Source of the DNA: an uncultured Holophagales bacterium
Lineage (GTDB): Bacteria; Acidobacteriota; Thermoanaerobaculia; Multivoradales; UBA5704
DNA length: 64,000 nucleotides
Direction: 5' to 3'
Assembly (NCBI GenBank): GCA_963842525.1
Contig: CAWJGT010000003.1
Span: forward strand, 416,001 to 480,000
This document shows positions 1 through 11,900 of the stretch, one piece after another (positions within the stretch are counted from its first letter, which is position 1; every line of letters starts with the position of its first letter). The position numbers and the translations under genes are program-made. The notes beneath the pieces are model-generated. The model searched no databases. It saw only the letters and a list, made by a program, of their open reading frames with translations, and had not been told where the DNA came from.

Positions 1-3000
1 CCGCTCGCGGCAGAGGTCCGACTCCTGGCGCGCCGCGAGGGTGCGACGCTCTTCATGGTCCTGCTCGCCGCGTACGCGGCGCTGCTGAGCCGCTACTCCC
101 GCCAGGAAGACCTCGTCATCGGCTCGCCGATCGCCAACCGCAACCAGGTGGAGATCGAGCCGCTGATCGGGTTCTTCGTCAACACCCTGGCCCTGCGCCT
201 CCGCACGGGCGGCGCTCCGGGCTGCCGCGAGCTGCTGGCGCGGGCCCGCGAAGCGACGCTGGGCGCGTTCGTCGATTCCGAGCTGCCGTTCGAGCGACTC
301 GTCGAAGCCCTGCAGCCGGCGCGCGCCCTGTCCCACGCGCCGCTCTTCCAGACCCTGCTGGTCTGGCAGAACCTGCCCGCCGGCGCGCTGGCCCTGTCTG
401 CGCTCACTCTGGCTCCCTTCGAGGTGGAGAGGGAGACGGCGAAGCTCGACCTCAATCTCTCGCTCGCCGAGGCCGGCTCCGGCATCGCCGGCCGGATCGA
501 ATACAGCCGCGACCTCTTCGACGCCACCACCGTCGCCCGGATGGTGGCGCACCTCACCGCCCTGCTCGCGGGGCTTGCCGCGGAGCCCGGGCGGCCGTTC
601 GGGGAGCTGCGGCTGCTGTCGCCGGCCGAGCACCAGCAGTTGGTGGCGCAGTGGAACGACACGGCGGCGCAGCGGCCCGCGGGGGCGACGCTGCACGGGC
701 TGGTCGCGGCGCAGGCGAGGCGGACCCCGGAGGCGGTGGCGGTGGAGCTCGGCGGCGAGGCGCTGAGCTACGGCGAGCTGATGCGGCGCTCGGGGAGCCT
801 GGCCGGCCGCCTGCGCGAGCTGGGGGTGGGCCCCGACGTGCGGGTGGCGGTGTGCGCGGAGCGCTCTCCGGAGAGGGTCGTCGCCCTGCTGGGGGTCCTC
901 CGCGCCGGCGGCGCGTACGTGCCGCTCGACCCCGAGTATCCGCGTGCGCACCTGGCCTTCATGCTGGACGATGCGCAGGCCGCGGTGGTGCTGGCCCAGG
1001 AGCACCTGCTGGACGGGCTGCCGCCGGGCGGCGCGCCGGTGCTCCCGCTGGTGGCGGCGATCGCGCGCGCGGGCCGCGAGAGCGACGGCGCAGGAGCCGC
1101 AGCGGATCCGGACAACCTGGCCTGTGTGCTCTATACCTCGGGCTCGACGGGCCGTCCGAAGGGTGTGATGGTGCGCCACGCGGGGATGGTCAATCGCCTG
1201 CTGTGGGCGCAGGAGACCTACCCGGTCACCGCCTCGGACCGGGTGCTCCAGAAGGCGTCGTTCAGCTTCGACTTCTCGCTGTGGGAGTGCTTCGGGCCGC
1301 TGCTGGTGGGGGCCCGGGTGGTGCTGGCCCGCCCGGGGGGCCAGCGCGACAGTGCCTACCTGGTGGAGCTGATCGCCGAGCGCGGCGTGACGCTGGCGCA
1401 CTTCGTGCCGTCGATGCTGGGGGCCTTCCTGGCCGAGCCGGGCCTGGAGGAGCTGAGCAGCCTGCGCTGCGTGCTCTCGGGCGGCGAGGCGCTGACGCGG
1501 GAGCTGGAGGGCCGGTTCTTCGACCGGCTGCCCGCGACGGTGGAGCTGCGCAACCAGTACGGTCCGACCGAAGCGTCGATCAATGTGGCGCACTGGCCGT
1601 GCCGGCGCGGGGAGGCCAGCGAGGGCTGGCGTCCGGTGCCGATCGGCCGACCGCTGGCCAACTGCGCGGTCTACGTGGCGGCCGGCGGTTCGCGGCCGGC
1701 GCCGGCAGGGGTGCCCGGAGAGCTGCTGCTCGGCGGGGCCGGGTTGGCCCGGGGTTACCTGGGCCGTCCGGAGCTGACGGCGGAGCGCTTCGTGCCGGAC
1801 CCGTTCGGCTCCGCGCCGGGAGCGCGGCTGTACCGCAGCGGCGACCGCGGCCGGCTGCTGCCCGACGGCCGGCTGGAATTCCTCGGCCGGCTGGACCATC
1901 AGGTCAAGGTCCGCGGCTTCCGCATCGAGCCGGGCGAGATCGAATGGGTGCTGTCGCGGCATCCGGAGGTGCGGGAGGCGGTCGTGCTGGCGCGCGGAGC
2001 GGAGGCGGAGCGCCGGCTCGTCGGCTACGTGCTGGCGCCGCCGGATGCACAGCCGCAGCCGCAGGCGCTACGGTCCTATCTCGCCGAGCGGCTGCCCGAC
2101 CACATGGTGCCGCAGACGCTGGTGGTGCTGGAGCGCTGGCCGCTGACGCCGGGCGGCAAGCTGGACCGCGCCGCCCTGCCGGCGTCCGCCGCGCCTCGCA
2201 CGGAGATCGAGGTCCAGGAGGTGCCCAGAGCCCCGCTGGAAGAGGTGCTGGCGGGGATCTGGGCCGAGGCGCTGGACGTCCCGGCGGAGGCGATCGGCCC
2301 CGGCGACGACTTTTTCGATCTGGGCGGGCACTCGCTGCTGGCGACGCGGGTGGTGGCGCGGCTGCGCGATGTGCTGCGGATCGAGCTGCCGCTGCGCGAG
2401 CTCTTCGAGGCGCCCACCCTGGCGGCGCTGGCCGCCCGGGTGGCGCAGGCGATGGGGGCCGGCGCGCCGGCGGACGCGCCGCGGATCCGGCCGGTCGCCC
2501 GCGGCGGGGTACTCCCCTTGTCGTACGCGCAGGAAAGGCTCTGGTTCCTGCACCAGCTCGAGCCCGACAGCCCGGCCTACAACGTCCCGATCGCCGTGCG
2601 CCTGCGGGGCCGGCTCGACCGGTTCGCCCTGGCGCGGGCCCTGAGCGCGATCATCCGCCGGCACGAGAGCCTGCGCACGACCTTCGCCGGGCTCGACGCC
2701 GGGCCGGTGCAGGTGATCGGGCCTCCGGCCGCCATGGAGCTGCCCGTCGTGGACCTGGCGGGCCTGCCCGCCGCGCTGCGCGACGCAACCGCCCGGCGGA
2801 TCGCCGCCGCGGAGGCCCGCGGGCCTTTCGATCTGACGGCGGGTCCCGTGGTGCGGGCGGCCCTGCTCCGCGCGGCGGACGGCGACCACATCGCGCTCCT
2901 GACCTTCCACCACATCGCTACCGACGCCTGGTCGATGGGCGTGCTCGTCCGCGAGGTGGCGGCCTTCTACGACGCCTTCTCGCGCGGCGAGCCGGCGTCC

Positions 3001-6000
3001 CTGCCCGAGCTGCCGATCCAGTACGCCGACTTCGCCGTGTGGCAGCGGCAATGGCTGGAAGGAGGGGAAAAGGCGCGTCAGATCGCGTATTGGCGGCAGC
3101 GCCTGGCCGGCGCGCCCACCCTGCTGCAACTGCCGGCGGACCGCCCGCGGCCGGCCGCGCAGACCTTCCGCGGCGCCGTCGAAACGCTGGCCCTGCCGGC
3201 AGACCTGGCGCGGCGGCTCGCGGGCCTCTCGCGGCGCGCCGGCACGACTCTGTTCATGACCCTGCTGGCGGTCTTCCAGGAGCTCCTGCGCCGGTATACC
3301 GGCCAGGAGGACCTCTGTGTCGGATCGCCGATCGCGAACCGGGCGCGCGTGGAGCTCGAAGGATTGATCGGCTTCTTCGTCAATACCCTGGTGCTGCGCG
3401 CCGACCTGTCGGCGGACCCCAGCACGCTCGACCTGCTGGGCCGGGTGCGCGACATGACGTTGGAAGCCTATGCCCATCAGGACCTGCCCTTCGAGTGGCT
3501 GGTGGGCGAGCTGGGGAGTGAGCGCTCACTGAGCCACACGCCTCTCTTCCAGGTCATGCTCGCGCTCCAGAACGCGCCGGCCGAACGGTTGCGGGTCCAC
3601 GATCTCGAGCTCGCCGTTGTCGGCGTGGAGCGGGGGGTGGCGAAGTTCAACCTGGAGCTGGCGTTGAGCGCGACCGGCGACGGCATCACCGGCGCCGCCG
3701 AGTACAACCGGGACCTGTTCGACGCCACCACCATCCGGCGGCTGCTGCGGCACTTCGACACCCTGCTCCGGACGGCCGCAGCGGCGCCCGAGCGGCGGCT
3801 GTCGGAGCTGTCCCTGCTGGCGGACGAGGAGGCGCACCAGCTTGCCGTCGAATGGAACGACAGCCGCGCCGCCGACCCCGCCAGGCTCGGCTTCTCGCAG
3901 CGCTTCACTGCGCAGGCGAAGCGGGCGCCCGACGCCGCGGCGGCCGCCTGCCAGGGCACGGTCCTGAGCTACCGCGAGCTCCACCGCCGCGCCGGCGCCC
4001 TGGCCGGTTGGCTGCGGGCTCGCGACATCGGCTCCGGATCGCTGGTGGCGCTGCTCGCCGACCGCGGCCTCGATTTCCTGACCGCCGTCCTCGGCGTGCT
4101 GGAGGCGGGGGCCGCCTATCTGCCGCTCGATCCGCTGCATCCGCCGTCGCGCCTCGCCCAGGTCCTGGAGCGGAGCGGCGCCCGGGTGGTCCTGGCCGGC
4201 GACCCGCTGCTCGCGATTGCGTACGATGCGCTGGCCGCGATGCGCTCCGGCCGGCCGCCGGCGGTCCACGCACTCGCGCCGCTGGCGGCGCGGCGCGGCT
4301 CCGTCCGGCAGCGTTCCGTCGAGGCTGATCCGGCCGCGCTGGCCTATGTGATCTTCACCTCGGGCTCGACCGGCCTGCCCAAGGGCGCCATGATCACGCG
4401 CCAGGGGATGCTCAACCACCTCGACGCCAAGATCGGCGATCTCCAGCTCGGCAGCGGGGACGTCATCGTCCAGACCGCGTCACAGTGCTTCGACATCTCG
4501 GTCTGGCAGCTCCTCGCCGCCCTGGTCGTCGGCGGGCGGGTCGAGATCCTGCCGGACGAGGTCTCTCACCAGCCGGCACGGTTGCTGGATGCGGCCGAGG
4601 ACGCCGGCGCGACGGTCTTCGAGACGGTCCCTTCGCTCCTGCATCTCCTGCTCGAGGAGATGGAGAGCCGCGGCTCCGCGGCTCCGCGGCTCCGCGCCCT
4701 GCGCTGGCTGGTGCCCACCGGCGAGGCGTTGCCACCCGAGCTCTGCCGCCGCTGGCTCGACCGCCATCCGCGGGTGCCGCTGGTCAACGCCTATGGCCCG
4801 ACCGAGTGCTCGGACGACGTCACACATCATCGCTTGGCCGAGGCGCCGCCCGCCGGCTCCTGGCAGGTGCCGATCGGCCGGCCGGTGGCCAACACCCGCC
4901 TCTATGTGCTCGACCGCGCCTTGCGCCCTGCGCCGCTGGGAGCCGCCGGGCAGCTCCATGTCGGGGGGGCCGGGGTTGGCCGCGGCTATCTGAACGACAG
5001 CGCCCAGGCGGCAGCCGCCTTCCTGCCCGATCCGTTCTCCGAAGAGGCTGGCGCCCGCCTCTACGCCACCGGCGACCTGGCGCGCCATCAGACCGACGGC
5101 CGCCTCTGTTTCCTCGGCCGCGTCGATCATCAGGTCAAGGTCCGCGGCTTCCGGATCGAGTTGGGAGACATCGAGTCGGCGCTGCGCCGCAACCCCGCGG
5201 TGGGCGAGGCCGTGGTGTTGGCCGCCGGCCACGGCGCGGGAGCCGACCGGCTGGTCGCCTACGTGGTTCCCGCTTCGGGCGCGGTCGTCTCGCCGCAGGA
5301 GCTGCGGGCGTGGCTCGCGGAGTCGCTGCCGGATTACATGCTGCCTTCGGCCTTCATGACGCTCGCCGCCTTGCCGCTGCTGCCCAGCGGCAAGGTCGAT
5401 CGCCGGAGCCTCCCGGACGCCGCCGGCGCGACCGGCCTTGGAGCGGCACCGCGCACGGTGCCCGAGGAGCTGATCGCCGCGATCTGGAGTGAGCTGCTCG
5501 GCGTCGACCGGATCGGCGTCGACGAGAGCTTCTTCGACCTCGGAGGGCACTCGCTGCTGGCGACCCGGGTCCTCTCCCGCCTGCGCCGGGCCTTCGGGGT
5601 CGAGCTGCCTCTCCTGAGCCTGTTCAAGGCTCCGACGATCGCCGGCCTGGCCGGCGAGCTGGAGCAGGCGCTCGGCCGCCGGAGGGGCACGGCGCCGCCG
5701 CTCGTCCCACAGCCGCGGGGACGTGAGGTGCCGCTGTCGTTTGCACAGCAGCGCCTGTGGCTTCTCGACCAGCTCCAGCCGGGCGGCACGGCATACAACA
5801 TCCCCTCGGCCTTCGTCCTCGCGGGCCCGCTCGACATGGCCGCGCTGACCGCATCCCTGCGCGAGGTCGTGCGCCGTCACGAAGCCTTGCGCACGACCTT
5901 CGTGGTCCGCGACGGCGAGCCGCTCCAGAGGATCTCGGCGCCAGGGTGCTTCGAGCTGCCGCAGATCGATCTCGCCGCGATCGGCGCAGAGCGCGCGATC

Positions 6001-8970
6001 GCGCTGGCGCGCGAGCTGGCCGGCCGAGACGCGGTGCGGCCGTTCGACCTCGCCCGCGGACCGCTGTTCCGCGGTACCCTCGTCCGCCTCGGTCCTCGCC
6101 GTCACGCAATGCTGTTCTCCACGCACCACATCGTCAGCGATGGCGTCTCGATGGAAGTGTTGATCCAGGAAGTGACCAGCCTGTACCAGGCCTTCTCGCA
6201 GGGGCAGCCCTCGCCTCTGCCGGAGCTGCCTGTCCAGTACCCCGATTTCGCCCTCTGGCAGCGGCAGTGGCTTCAGGGAGAGGTCCTGGAGGAGCACCTC
6301 GCGTACTGGCGCGAGCGGCTGGCCGGCCTGCCGTCGGTCCTGGAGCTGCCGCTGGACCGGCCGCGCCCACCGGTCCAGTCGCATGCCGGAGCGGCCCGAC
6401 CTTTCCGCCTGGATGAAGAGCTCTCGGGCGACCTGGCCCGGATGAGCCGGCGCCAGGGGGTTACCCCGTTCATGCTCTTGCTGGCCGCCTTCGGCGTGCT
6501 GCTCGCGAAACACGCGGGCCAGGACGACGTCGCCCTCGGCACGCCGATGGCCGGGCGCGACCGGGTCGAGCTCGAAGGGCTGATCGGATTCTTCGTCAAC
6601 ACGCTGGTCTTGCGGCTCGATCTGGCGGGCGATCCCGGGTTCCCGGCGGCCTTGGTGGAGGTCCGGCGGTCCGTTCTCGACGCGCACGCGCACCGGGACC
6701 TCCCGTTCGAGCGTCTGGTCGAGGAGCTGCAGCCACAGCGCAGCCTCCAGCATGCACCGCTGTTCCAGGTGATGATGACCTTCGAGGTGGCGCCGCGGTC
6801 GCCCGAGCTGGCTGGCCTCGAGCTGCTGCCGCTGGAGATTCCCGCTGCAACATCTCCGTTCGACCTCACTCTCACGGTCATCCAGCGGGACGTCTTTGCC
6901 GGCGCCATCCGGTACAACACCGACCTTTTCGATGCGACGACGATCGCGCGCCTGGCGCGGCACCTCGAAGCGCTGCTCGCCGGGGTGCTGGAGGATCCGG
7001 CGCGCCGGCTCTCGGAGCTGCCTCTCCTCTCGCAGGCGGAGCGCCATCACCTCCTCCAGGAGTGGAACGACGCGGCGATCGCGCCGCCGCTCGCCGGCGC
7101 CGCCGGCGTGCTGATCACGCAGCAGGTGGAGCGCGCTTCCGAGGCGGTGGCCGTGGTCTCCGGCGAGCAGCACCTGAGCTACCGCGAGCTCGACCGCCTC
7201 GCCGGGCGGCTGGCTGGCGAGCTCGTGCGCCTCGGCGTCCGGCCGGAGGCGCGGGTGGGAGTGCTGCTCGACCGCTCGGCGGCGCTGCCGGTGGCGCTGC
7301 TCGCGGTCTGGAAGGCGGGCGGTGCCTACGTGCCGCTCGATCCCGCCTATCCGGCGGAGCGGCTCGCCTACATGCTCGCGGACTCGCAGGCCGTGGCCCT
7401 GGTCACCGAGGGAGACCTGGCGGCGGCGATTCCCGGCTGGACGAAGCCGGTCGTGCGGCTGGATGGGCGCGTGGCTGCCCTGGTCTCTCCAGATGCCGCG
7501 CCGCCGGCCGAGGTGCCGCTCGCGGCGTTGGCATATGTGATCTACACCTCCGGCTCGACCGGACGGCCGAAGGGCGTCGGCGTCAGCCACGGTGCCCTGG
7601 CCAACTTCCTCCAAGCCATGGCCGTCCGGCCGGGGCTGACCGCGGCCGACCGGCTGCTCGCCGTCACCTCGCCTTCGTTCGACATCGCCGCCCTGGAGCT
7701 CTATCTGCCCCTGCTCGCCGGCGCGCGGCTGATCGTCGCCGGACGCGAGATGGCGCTCGACGGTGAACGGCTCGCCGCCGGCTGGGAGCGGTTCGAAGCC
7801 ACGGTCCTGCAGGCCACGCCGGCGACCTGGGGCGCCCTCGTCGAGGCGGGCTGGCCCGGCGCGGTCCCGGGCCGGGCGCTGTGCGGCGGCGAGGCCATGC
7901 CGCCGCACCTGGCCTCAGCCCTGGCCGCAAGGGCGGACGCGGCCTGGAATCTCTACGGCCCGACCGAGACCGCGGTCTGGTCGGCCGCCTGGCGGCTCGA
8001 CGGCTCCGCGAGCGGGACCGTCCCGGTGGGACGGCCGATCGCCAACACCGGGATCTACGTGCTCGACGAACGCCTGCGCCCGGTGCCGCCGGGCACGTTC
8101 GGCGAGATCGCCATCGGCGGCGAGGGTGTGGCACGCGGCTATCTGGGCAGGCCGGAGCTGACCGCGGAGCTCTTCGTACCGGATTCCTTCGGCGGCCGGC
8201 CGGGAGCGCGGCTCTACCGCACGGGCGACCGCGGGCACGCGCATGCGGACGGTACCCTGGAGCTCGCGGGCCGGCGCGATCATCAGGTCAAGGTGCGGGG
8301 CTACCGCATCGAGCTCGGCGAGGTGGAGGCCGCGCTGGCGTCGCACCCGCAGGTCCGGGCGGCGGCGGTGATCGTGCGCGAGGACGATCCGGGAGACCGG
8401 CGGCTGGCGGCGTATCTTGCGCTTCGCGGCCCGGCGACCGGCCCGGACGAGCTACGGCGGTTCCTCGCCGAACGGCTGCCGCTGTTCATGATCCCCTCGG
8501 TCTTCGTCGTCCTCGCGGCTCTGCCGCGCACCCCCAACGGCAAGGTCGACCGGCGGCGGCTGCCGGCGCCCGACCGCTCGCGGCCGGAGCTGGAGCAGGC
8601 GTTCGCGGCGCCGCGCAACGAGACCGAGCGGCGCATCGCCGGCGTCTGGCAGGAGGTTCTCGGCCTGGAGCGGCTCGGGATCCACGACAGCTTTTTCGAC
8701 CTGGGCGGACAGTCGCTGCTGCTGGCCCGCGTGCATGCCCGGCTGCGGCAGCAGCCCGGCGGCGAGCAGCTCGTCCTGATCGACCTGTTCCGTCATCCCA
8801 CAGTCGCGGCGCTGGCCGAGCACATGGTCGCGGCGACCGGCGCCGCGACCGAGCACGAGCGGCCGGCCGCGGCAGTGGAGGACCAGATCGCCCGGCTGCA
8901 GGAGGGGCGGCGCCGGCAGCGGTCGGGCCGCGAGCTGCGCCAGCGTGCCGGCGGAGCCCATCATGAGTGA
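1..8970 (+). CDS. NRPS subunit, 5'-truncated by window edge: C(partial)-A1-T-C-A2(Dab)-T-C-A3(Gly)-T
   Basis: Frame is open from position 1 (track ORF 55..8970). It has three A domains (YTSGSTG/FTSGSTG, YGPTE), C motifs HHIATDAWS and HHIVSDGVS, and T motifs GGHSL, GGHSL, GGQSL. Hand-read codes: A1 DFWHLGQINK (uncertain, Glu-like), A2 DIWEVTADDK (close to the pyoverdine PvdL Dab code), A3 DILQLGLVWK (Gly). Confidence 0.95.
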   Translation, partial: PLAAEVRLLARREGATLFMVLLAAYAALLSRYSRQEDLVIGSPIANRNQVEIEPLIGFFVNTLALRLRTGGAPGCRELLARAREATLGAFVDSELPFERLVEALQPARALSHAPLFQTLLVWQNLPAGALALSALTLAPFEVERETAKLDLNLSLAEAGSGIAGRIEYSRDLFDATTVARMVAHLTALLAGLAAEPGRPFGELRLLSPAEHQQLVAQWNDTAAQRPAGATLHGLVAAQARRTPEAVAVELGGEALSYGELMRRSGSLAGRLRELGVGPDVRVAVCAERSPERVVALLGVLRAGGAYVPLDPEYPRAHLAFMLDDAQAAVVLAQEHLLDGLPPGGAPVLPLVAAIARAGRESDGAGAAADPDNLACVLYTSGSTGRPKGVMVRHAGMVNRLLWAQETYPVTASDRVLQKASFSFDFSLWECFGPLLVGARVVLARPGGQRDSAYLVELIAERGVTLAHFVPSMLGAFLAEPGLEELSSLRCVLSGGEALTRELEGRFFDRLPATVELRNQYGPTEASINVAHWPCRRGEASEGWRPVPIGRPLANCAVYVAAGGSRPAPAGVPGELLLGGAGLARGYLGRPELTAERFVPDPFGSAPGARLYRSGDRGRLLPDGRLEFLGRLDHQVKVRGFRIEPGEIEWVLSRHPEVREAVVLARGAEAERRLVGYVLAPPDAQPQPQALRSYLAERLPDHMVPQTLVVLERWPLTPGGKLDRAALPASAAPRTEIEVQEVPRAPLEEVLAGIWAEALDVPAEAIGPGDDFFDLGGHSLLATRVVARLRDVLRIELPLRELFEAPTLAALAARVAQAMGAGAPADAPRIRPVARGGVLPLSYAQERLWFLHQLEPDSPAYNVPIAVRLRGRLDRFALARALSAIIRRHESLRTTFAGLDAGPVQVIGPPAAMELPVVDLAGLPAALRDATARRIAAAEARGPFDLTAGPVVRAALLRAADGDHIALLTFHHIATDAWSMGVLVREVAAFYDAFSRGEPASLPELPIQYADFAVWQRQWLEGGEKARQIAYWRQRLAGAPTLLQLPADRPRPAAQTFRGAVETLALPADLARRLAGLSRRAGTTLFMTLLAVFQELLRRYTGQEDLCVGSPIANRARVELEGLIGFFVNTLVLRADLSADPSTLDLLGRVRDMTLEAYAHQDLPFEWLVGELGSERSLSHTPLFQVMLALQNAPAERLRVHDLELAVVGVERGVAKFNLELALSATGDGITGAAEYNRDLFDATTIRRLLRHFDTLLRTAAAAPERRLSELSLLADEEAHQLAVEWNDSRAADPARLGFSQRFTAQAKRAPDAAAAACQGTVLSYRELHRRAGALAGWLRARDIGSGSLVALLADRGLDFLTAVLGVLEAGAAYLPLDPLHPPSRLAQVLERSGARVVLAGDPLLAIAYDALAAMRSGRPPAVHALAPLAARRGSVRQRSVEADPAALAYVIFTSGSTGLPKGAMITRQGMLNHLDAKIGDLQLGSGDVIVQTASQCFDISVWQLLAALVVGGRVEILPDEVSHQPARLLDAAEDAGATVFETVPSLLHLLLEEMESRGSAAPRLRALRWLVPTGEALPPELCRRWLDRHPRVPLVNAYGPTECSDDVTHHRLAEAPPAGSWQVPIGRPVANTRLYVLDRALRPAPLGAAGQLHVGGAGVGRGYLNDSAQAAAAFLPDPFSEEAGARLYATGDLARHQTDGRLCFLGRVDHQVKVRGFRIELGDIESALRRNPAVGEAVVLAAGHGAGADRLVAYVVPASGAVVSPQELRAWLAESLPDYMLPSAFMTLAALPLLPSGKVDRRSLPDAAGATGLGAAPRTVPEELIAAIWSELLGVDRIGVDESFFDLGGHSLLATRVLSRLRRAFGVELPLLSLFKAPTIAGLAGELEQALGRRRGTAPPLVPQPRGREVPLSFAQQRLWLLDQLQPGGTAYNIPSAFVLAGPLDMAALTASLREVVRRHEALRTTFVVRDGEPLQRISAPGCFELPQIDLAAIGAERAIALARELAGRDAVRPFDLARGPLFRGTLVRLGPRRHAMLFSTHHIVSDGVSMEVLIQEVTSLYQAFSQGQPSPLPELPVQYPDFALWQRQWLQGEVLEEHLAYWRERLAGLPSVLELPLDRPRPPVQSHAGAARPFRLDEELSGDLARMSRRQGVTPFMLLLAAFGVLLAKHAGQDDVALGTPMAGRDRVELEGLIGFFVNTLVLRLDLAGDPGFPAALVEVRRSVLDAHAHRDLPFERLVEELQPQRSLQHAPLFQVMMTFEVAPRSPELAGLELLPLEIPAATSPFDLTLTVIQRDVFAGAIRYNTDLFDATTIARLARHLEALLAGVLEDPARRLSELPLLSQAERHHLLQEWNDAAIAPPLAGAAGVLITQQVERASEAVAVVSGEQHLSYRELDRLAGRLAGELVRLGVRPEARVGVLLDRSAALPVALLAVWKAGGAYVPLDPAYPAERLAYMLADSQAVALVTEGDLAAAIPGWTKPVVRLDGRVAALVSPDAAPPAEVPLAALAYVIYTSGSTGRPKGVGVSHGALANFLQAMAVRPGLTAADRLLAVTSPSFDIAALELYLPLLAGARLIVAGREMALDGERLAAGWERFEATVLQATPATWGALVEAGWPGAVPGRALCGGEAMPPHLASALAARADAAWNLYGPTETAVWSAAWRLDGSASGTVPVGRPIANTGIYVLDERLRPVPPGTFGEIAIGGEGVARGYLGRPELTAELFVPDSFGGRPGARLYRTGDRGHAHADGTLELAGRRDHQVKVRGYRIELGEVEAALASHPQVRAAAVIVREDDPGDRRLAAYLALRGPATGPDELRRFLAERLPLFMIPSVFVVLAALPRTPNGKVDRRRLPAPDRSRPELEQAFAAPRNETERRIAGVWQEVLGLERLGIHDSFFDLGGQSLLLARVHARLRQQPGGEQLVLIDLFRHPTVAALAEHMVAATGAATEHERPAAAVEDQIARLQEGRRRQRSGRELRQRAGGAHHE

Positions 8971-11900
8971 GCCGTGGATGTCTGATGCGACCGGCAACGA
9001 GGTCGCGATCGTCGGCATGGCCGGCCGCTTCCCGGGGGCTCGCGACATCGAGGAGCTCTGGCGCAACCTCCGCTCCGGCGTCGAGTCGATCTCCTTCTTC
9101 ACCGACGAAGAGCTGCTGGCGGCGGGGTTGGATCCAGCGGTGCTGGCGGACCCGAGCTATGTGCGGGCGCGCGGGGTGCTGGCGGCCGTCGAGGACTTCG
9201 ACGCCCCGTTCTTCGGCTACAGCGCTCTCGAAGCCGAGGCCACAGACCCGCAGCAACGCGTCTTCCTCGAGTGCTGCTGGCAGGCCCTGGAGCAGGCGGG
9301 CTACGACAGCGAGCGATACCGCCGGCCCGTGGGCGTCTTCGCCGGCGTGGGGGCGAACGCCTACGGCTACCACGTCCTCGCGAACCGCGCACTGGCCGGC
9401 GCCATCGGCGAGTTCCAGGTGGTGCTGGGGAACGACAAGGACTACCTGGCAAGCCGGGTCTCCTACAAGCTCGACCTCACCGGACCGAGCCTCGTGGTCC
9501 AGACCGCCTGCTCGACCTCTCTGGTGGCGGTGCACCTCGCCTGCCAGGCGCTGCTCGCCGGCGAATGCGACCTGGCGCTGGCCGGCGGTGTCGCCATCAA
9601 GCTGCCGCAGACGAACGGGTATGTCTACCGCGAGGGCGGGATCAACTCTCCCGACGGGCACTGCCGCGCATTCGACGCTGGAGCGCAAGGCACGATCAGT
9701 GGCGCCGGCGTGGGGGTCGTCGTTCTCAAGCGGCTCGCTGACGCGCTGGCCGAAGGGGATCACCTCCTCGCGGTGATCCGGGGCTCGGCCGTCAACAACG
9801 ACGGCGCTCACAAGATCGGCTACACGGCGCCCAGCATCGAGGGCCAGGCCAAGGTCATCCGCATGGCTCAGGCCGTGGCCGGTGTCGATCCCGCCACGAT
9901 CACCTATGTGGAAGCCCATGGCACCGCGACCCCGTTGGGAGACCCCATCGAGTTCGCTGCCCTGACCGAGGCCTTCCGCGCCGCCGGTGGTACGGCGACA
10001 GGCTTCTGCGCGATCGGCTCGGCCAAGACCAATTTCGGGCACCTCGATGCCGCGGCCGGCGTTGCCGGCCTGATCAAGACCGTGCTGGCGCTCCATCACA
10101 AAGAGATCCCGCCGAGCCTACACTTCGAAGCGCCGAACCCCGCGATCGCCTTTGCCGAGAGCCCTTTCTACGTCAACACCACCCTCGCCCGCTGGCCCGC
10201 CACCGGATCGCCGAGGCGCGCCGGCGTCAGCTCTTTCGGCATCGGCGGCACCAACGCCCATGTGGTGCTGGAGGAGGCGCCCCCGGCGCCGGTGCCCACC
10301 CCCTCGCGGCGCCATCAGCTGCTGGTGCTCTCGGCCCGGACAGCCCCGGCGCTGGAGCACCTCACCGCGCACTTGGCCGATCAACTGGAGAGCCAAACGG
10401 ACGCGAGCCTGCCGGATGTGGCGTTCACCCTGCAGACCGGTCGCCGGCGGTTCCCGCACCGGCGCTTCGCGCTCGCCGAGGACGCGAGCGGCGCCGTCGC
10501 CGCCCTGCGCACGCAGGACCCGGCCCGGGTCGGGAGCCGGATGAGCGGCGCGTCCTCCCGCCCCGTCGTCTTCCTCTTCCCCGGACAGGGGAGCCAGCAC
10601 GTCGGCATGGGCCGTGCCCTCTACGCGAGCGAGCCGACCTTCCGCGCTGGGATCGACCGTTGCGCGGAGCTGCTCGCTCCGGTGCTGGACGTCGACCTGC
10701 GGGACATCCTCTATCCGCCGGCGGGAAGGACTGCGGACGCCGAGGCCCGCCTGCGGCGGAGCGAGCTCGCGCAGCCTGCGCTCTTCGCCGTGGAGCACTC
10801 GCTGGCCCAACTGTGGATGGAGTGGGGGATCCGTCCGGCAGCGATGGTGGGGCACAGCGTGGGCGAGCTGGTGGCGGCCTGCTTGGCTGATGTCTTCTCG
10901 CTGGAGGATGCGCTCCGCCTGACGGCGTTGCGCGGCCGCCTGATGCAGCGCCAGCCGCCGGGGGTCATGCTGGCTGTGCCGCTGGCCGAAGAGGAGCTCC
11001 GCCGGCGTCTGCGGTTGGGAGAGGATCTGGCGCTCGCGGCCGTCAACGGACCGGCCCTCTGTGTGATCTCCGGCGCGGCGGAGGCGATCGGTGCCGCGGA
11101 GGCCGAGCTCGCCGCCGGCGGGGTCGCCTGCCGGCATCTCCACACCTCCCACGCTTTCCACTCGGCCATGATGGAGCCGGCGATGCGGCCGTTCGTGGAT
11201 GCGATCGCGGCAGAGCGGCTCGCGGCGTCCCGGATACCCTTTGCCTCCAACGTCACCGGCCGGCTGATGGCAGACGAGGACGCGACCAGCCCGGCCTACT
11301 GGGGACGGCACCTGCGGGAGACCGTCCGTTTCGGGGACTGCCTGGATGCGGTGCTGGAGGAGCCCGACCGGATCCTCCTCGAGGTCGGGCCGGGCAACGC
11401 TCTGAGCACCATCGCCCGGCAGCATCCGCGGGCCGCGCAGGGAGCGATCGCGATCTCGTCCCTGCGTCGCCCGCGCGAGCAGGAAGACGACTCCGCGCTG
11501 CTGCTCACCGCCGTCGGCCGGCTCTGGCTCGCCGGGGCCGCCGTGGATTGGGACGGCTTCTATCGCTGCGAGCAGCGGCAGCGCGTGCCGTTGCCCACCT
11601 ATCCGTTCGAGCGCCGACGCTACTGCGTGGATCTGCGGCCGGCCGCGGTGTTACGCACCGAGCCGTCACCGCAGCGCGAGGACGGAGCCGTATCCGCGGT
11701 CGAGCCCACGCCGCCGGCCGGGCATGCGAGGCCCGATCTGGAAACCGCCTACGTACCGCCGGGCGGCCCGGAGGAACGGCAGGTCGCCGAGGTCTGGGAA
11801 GGCCTGCTCGGCATTGCGCCGGTAGGCGCCCATGACGACTTTTTCGAGCTGGGCGGGCATTCGCTGCTCGCCATGCAGCTCGTCGCGCGGCTGCGTGAGG

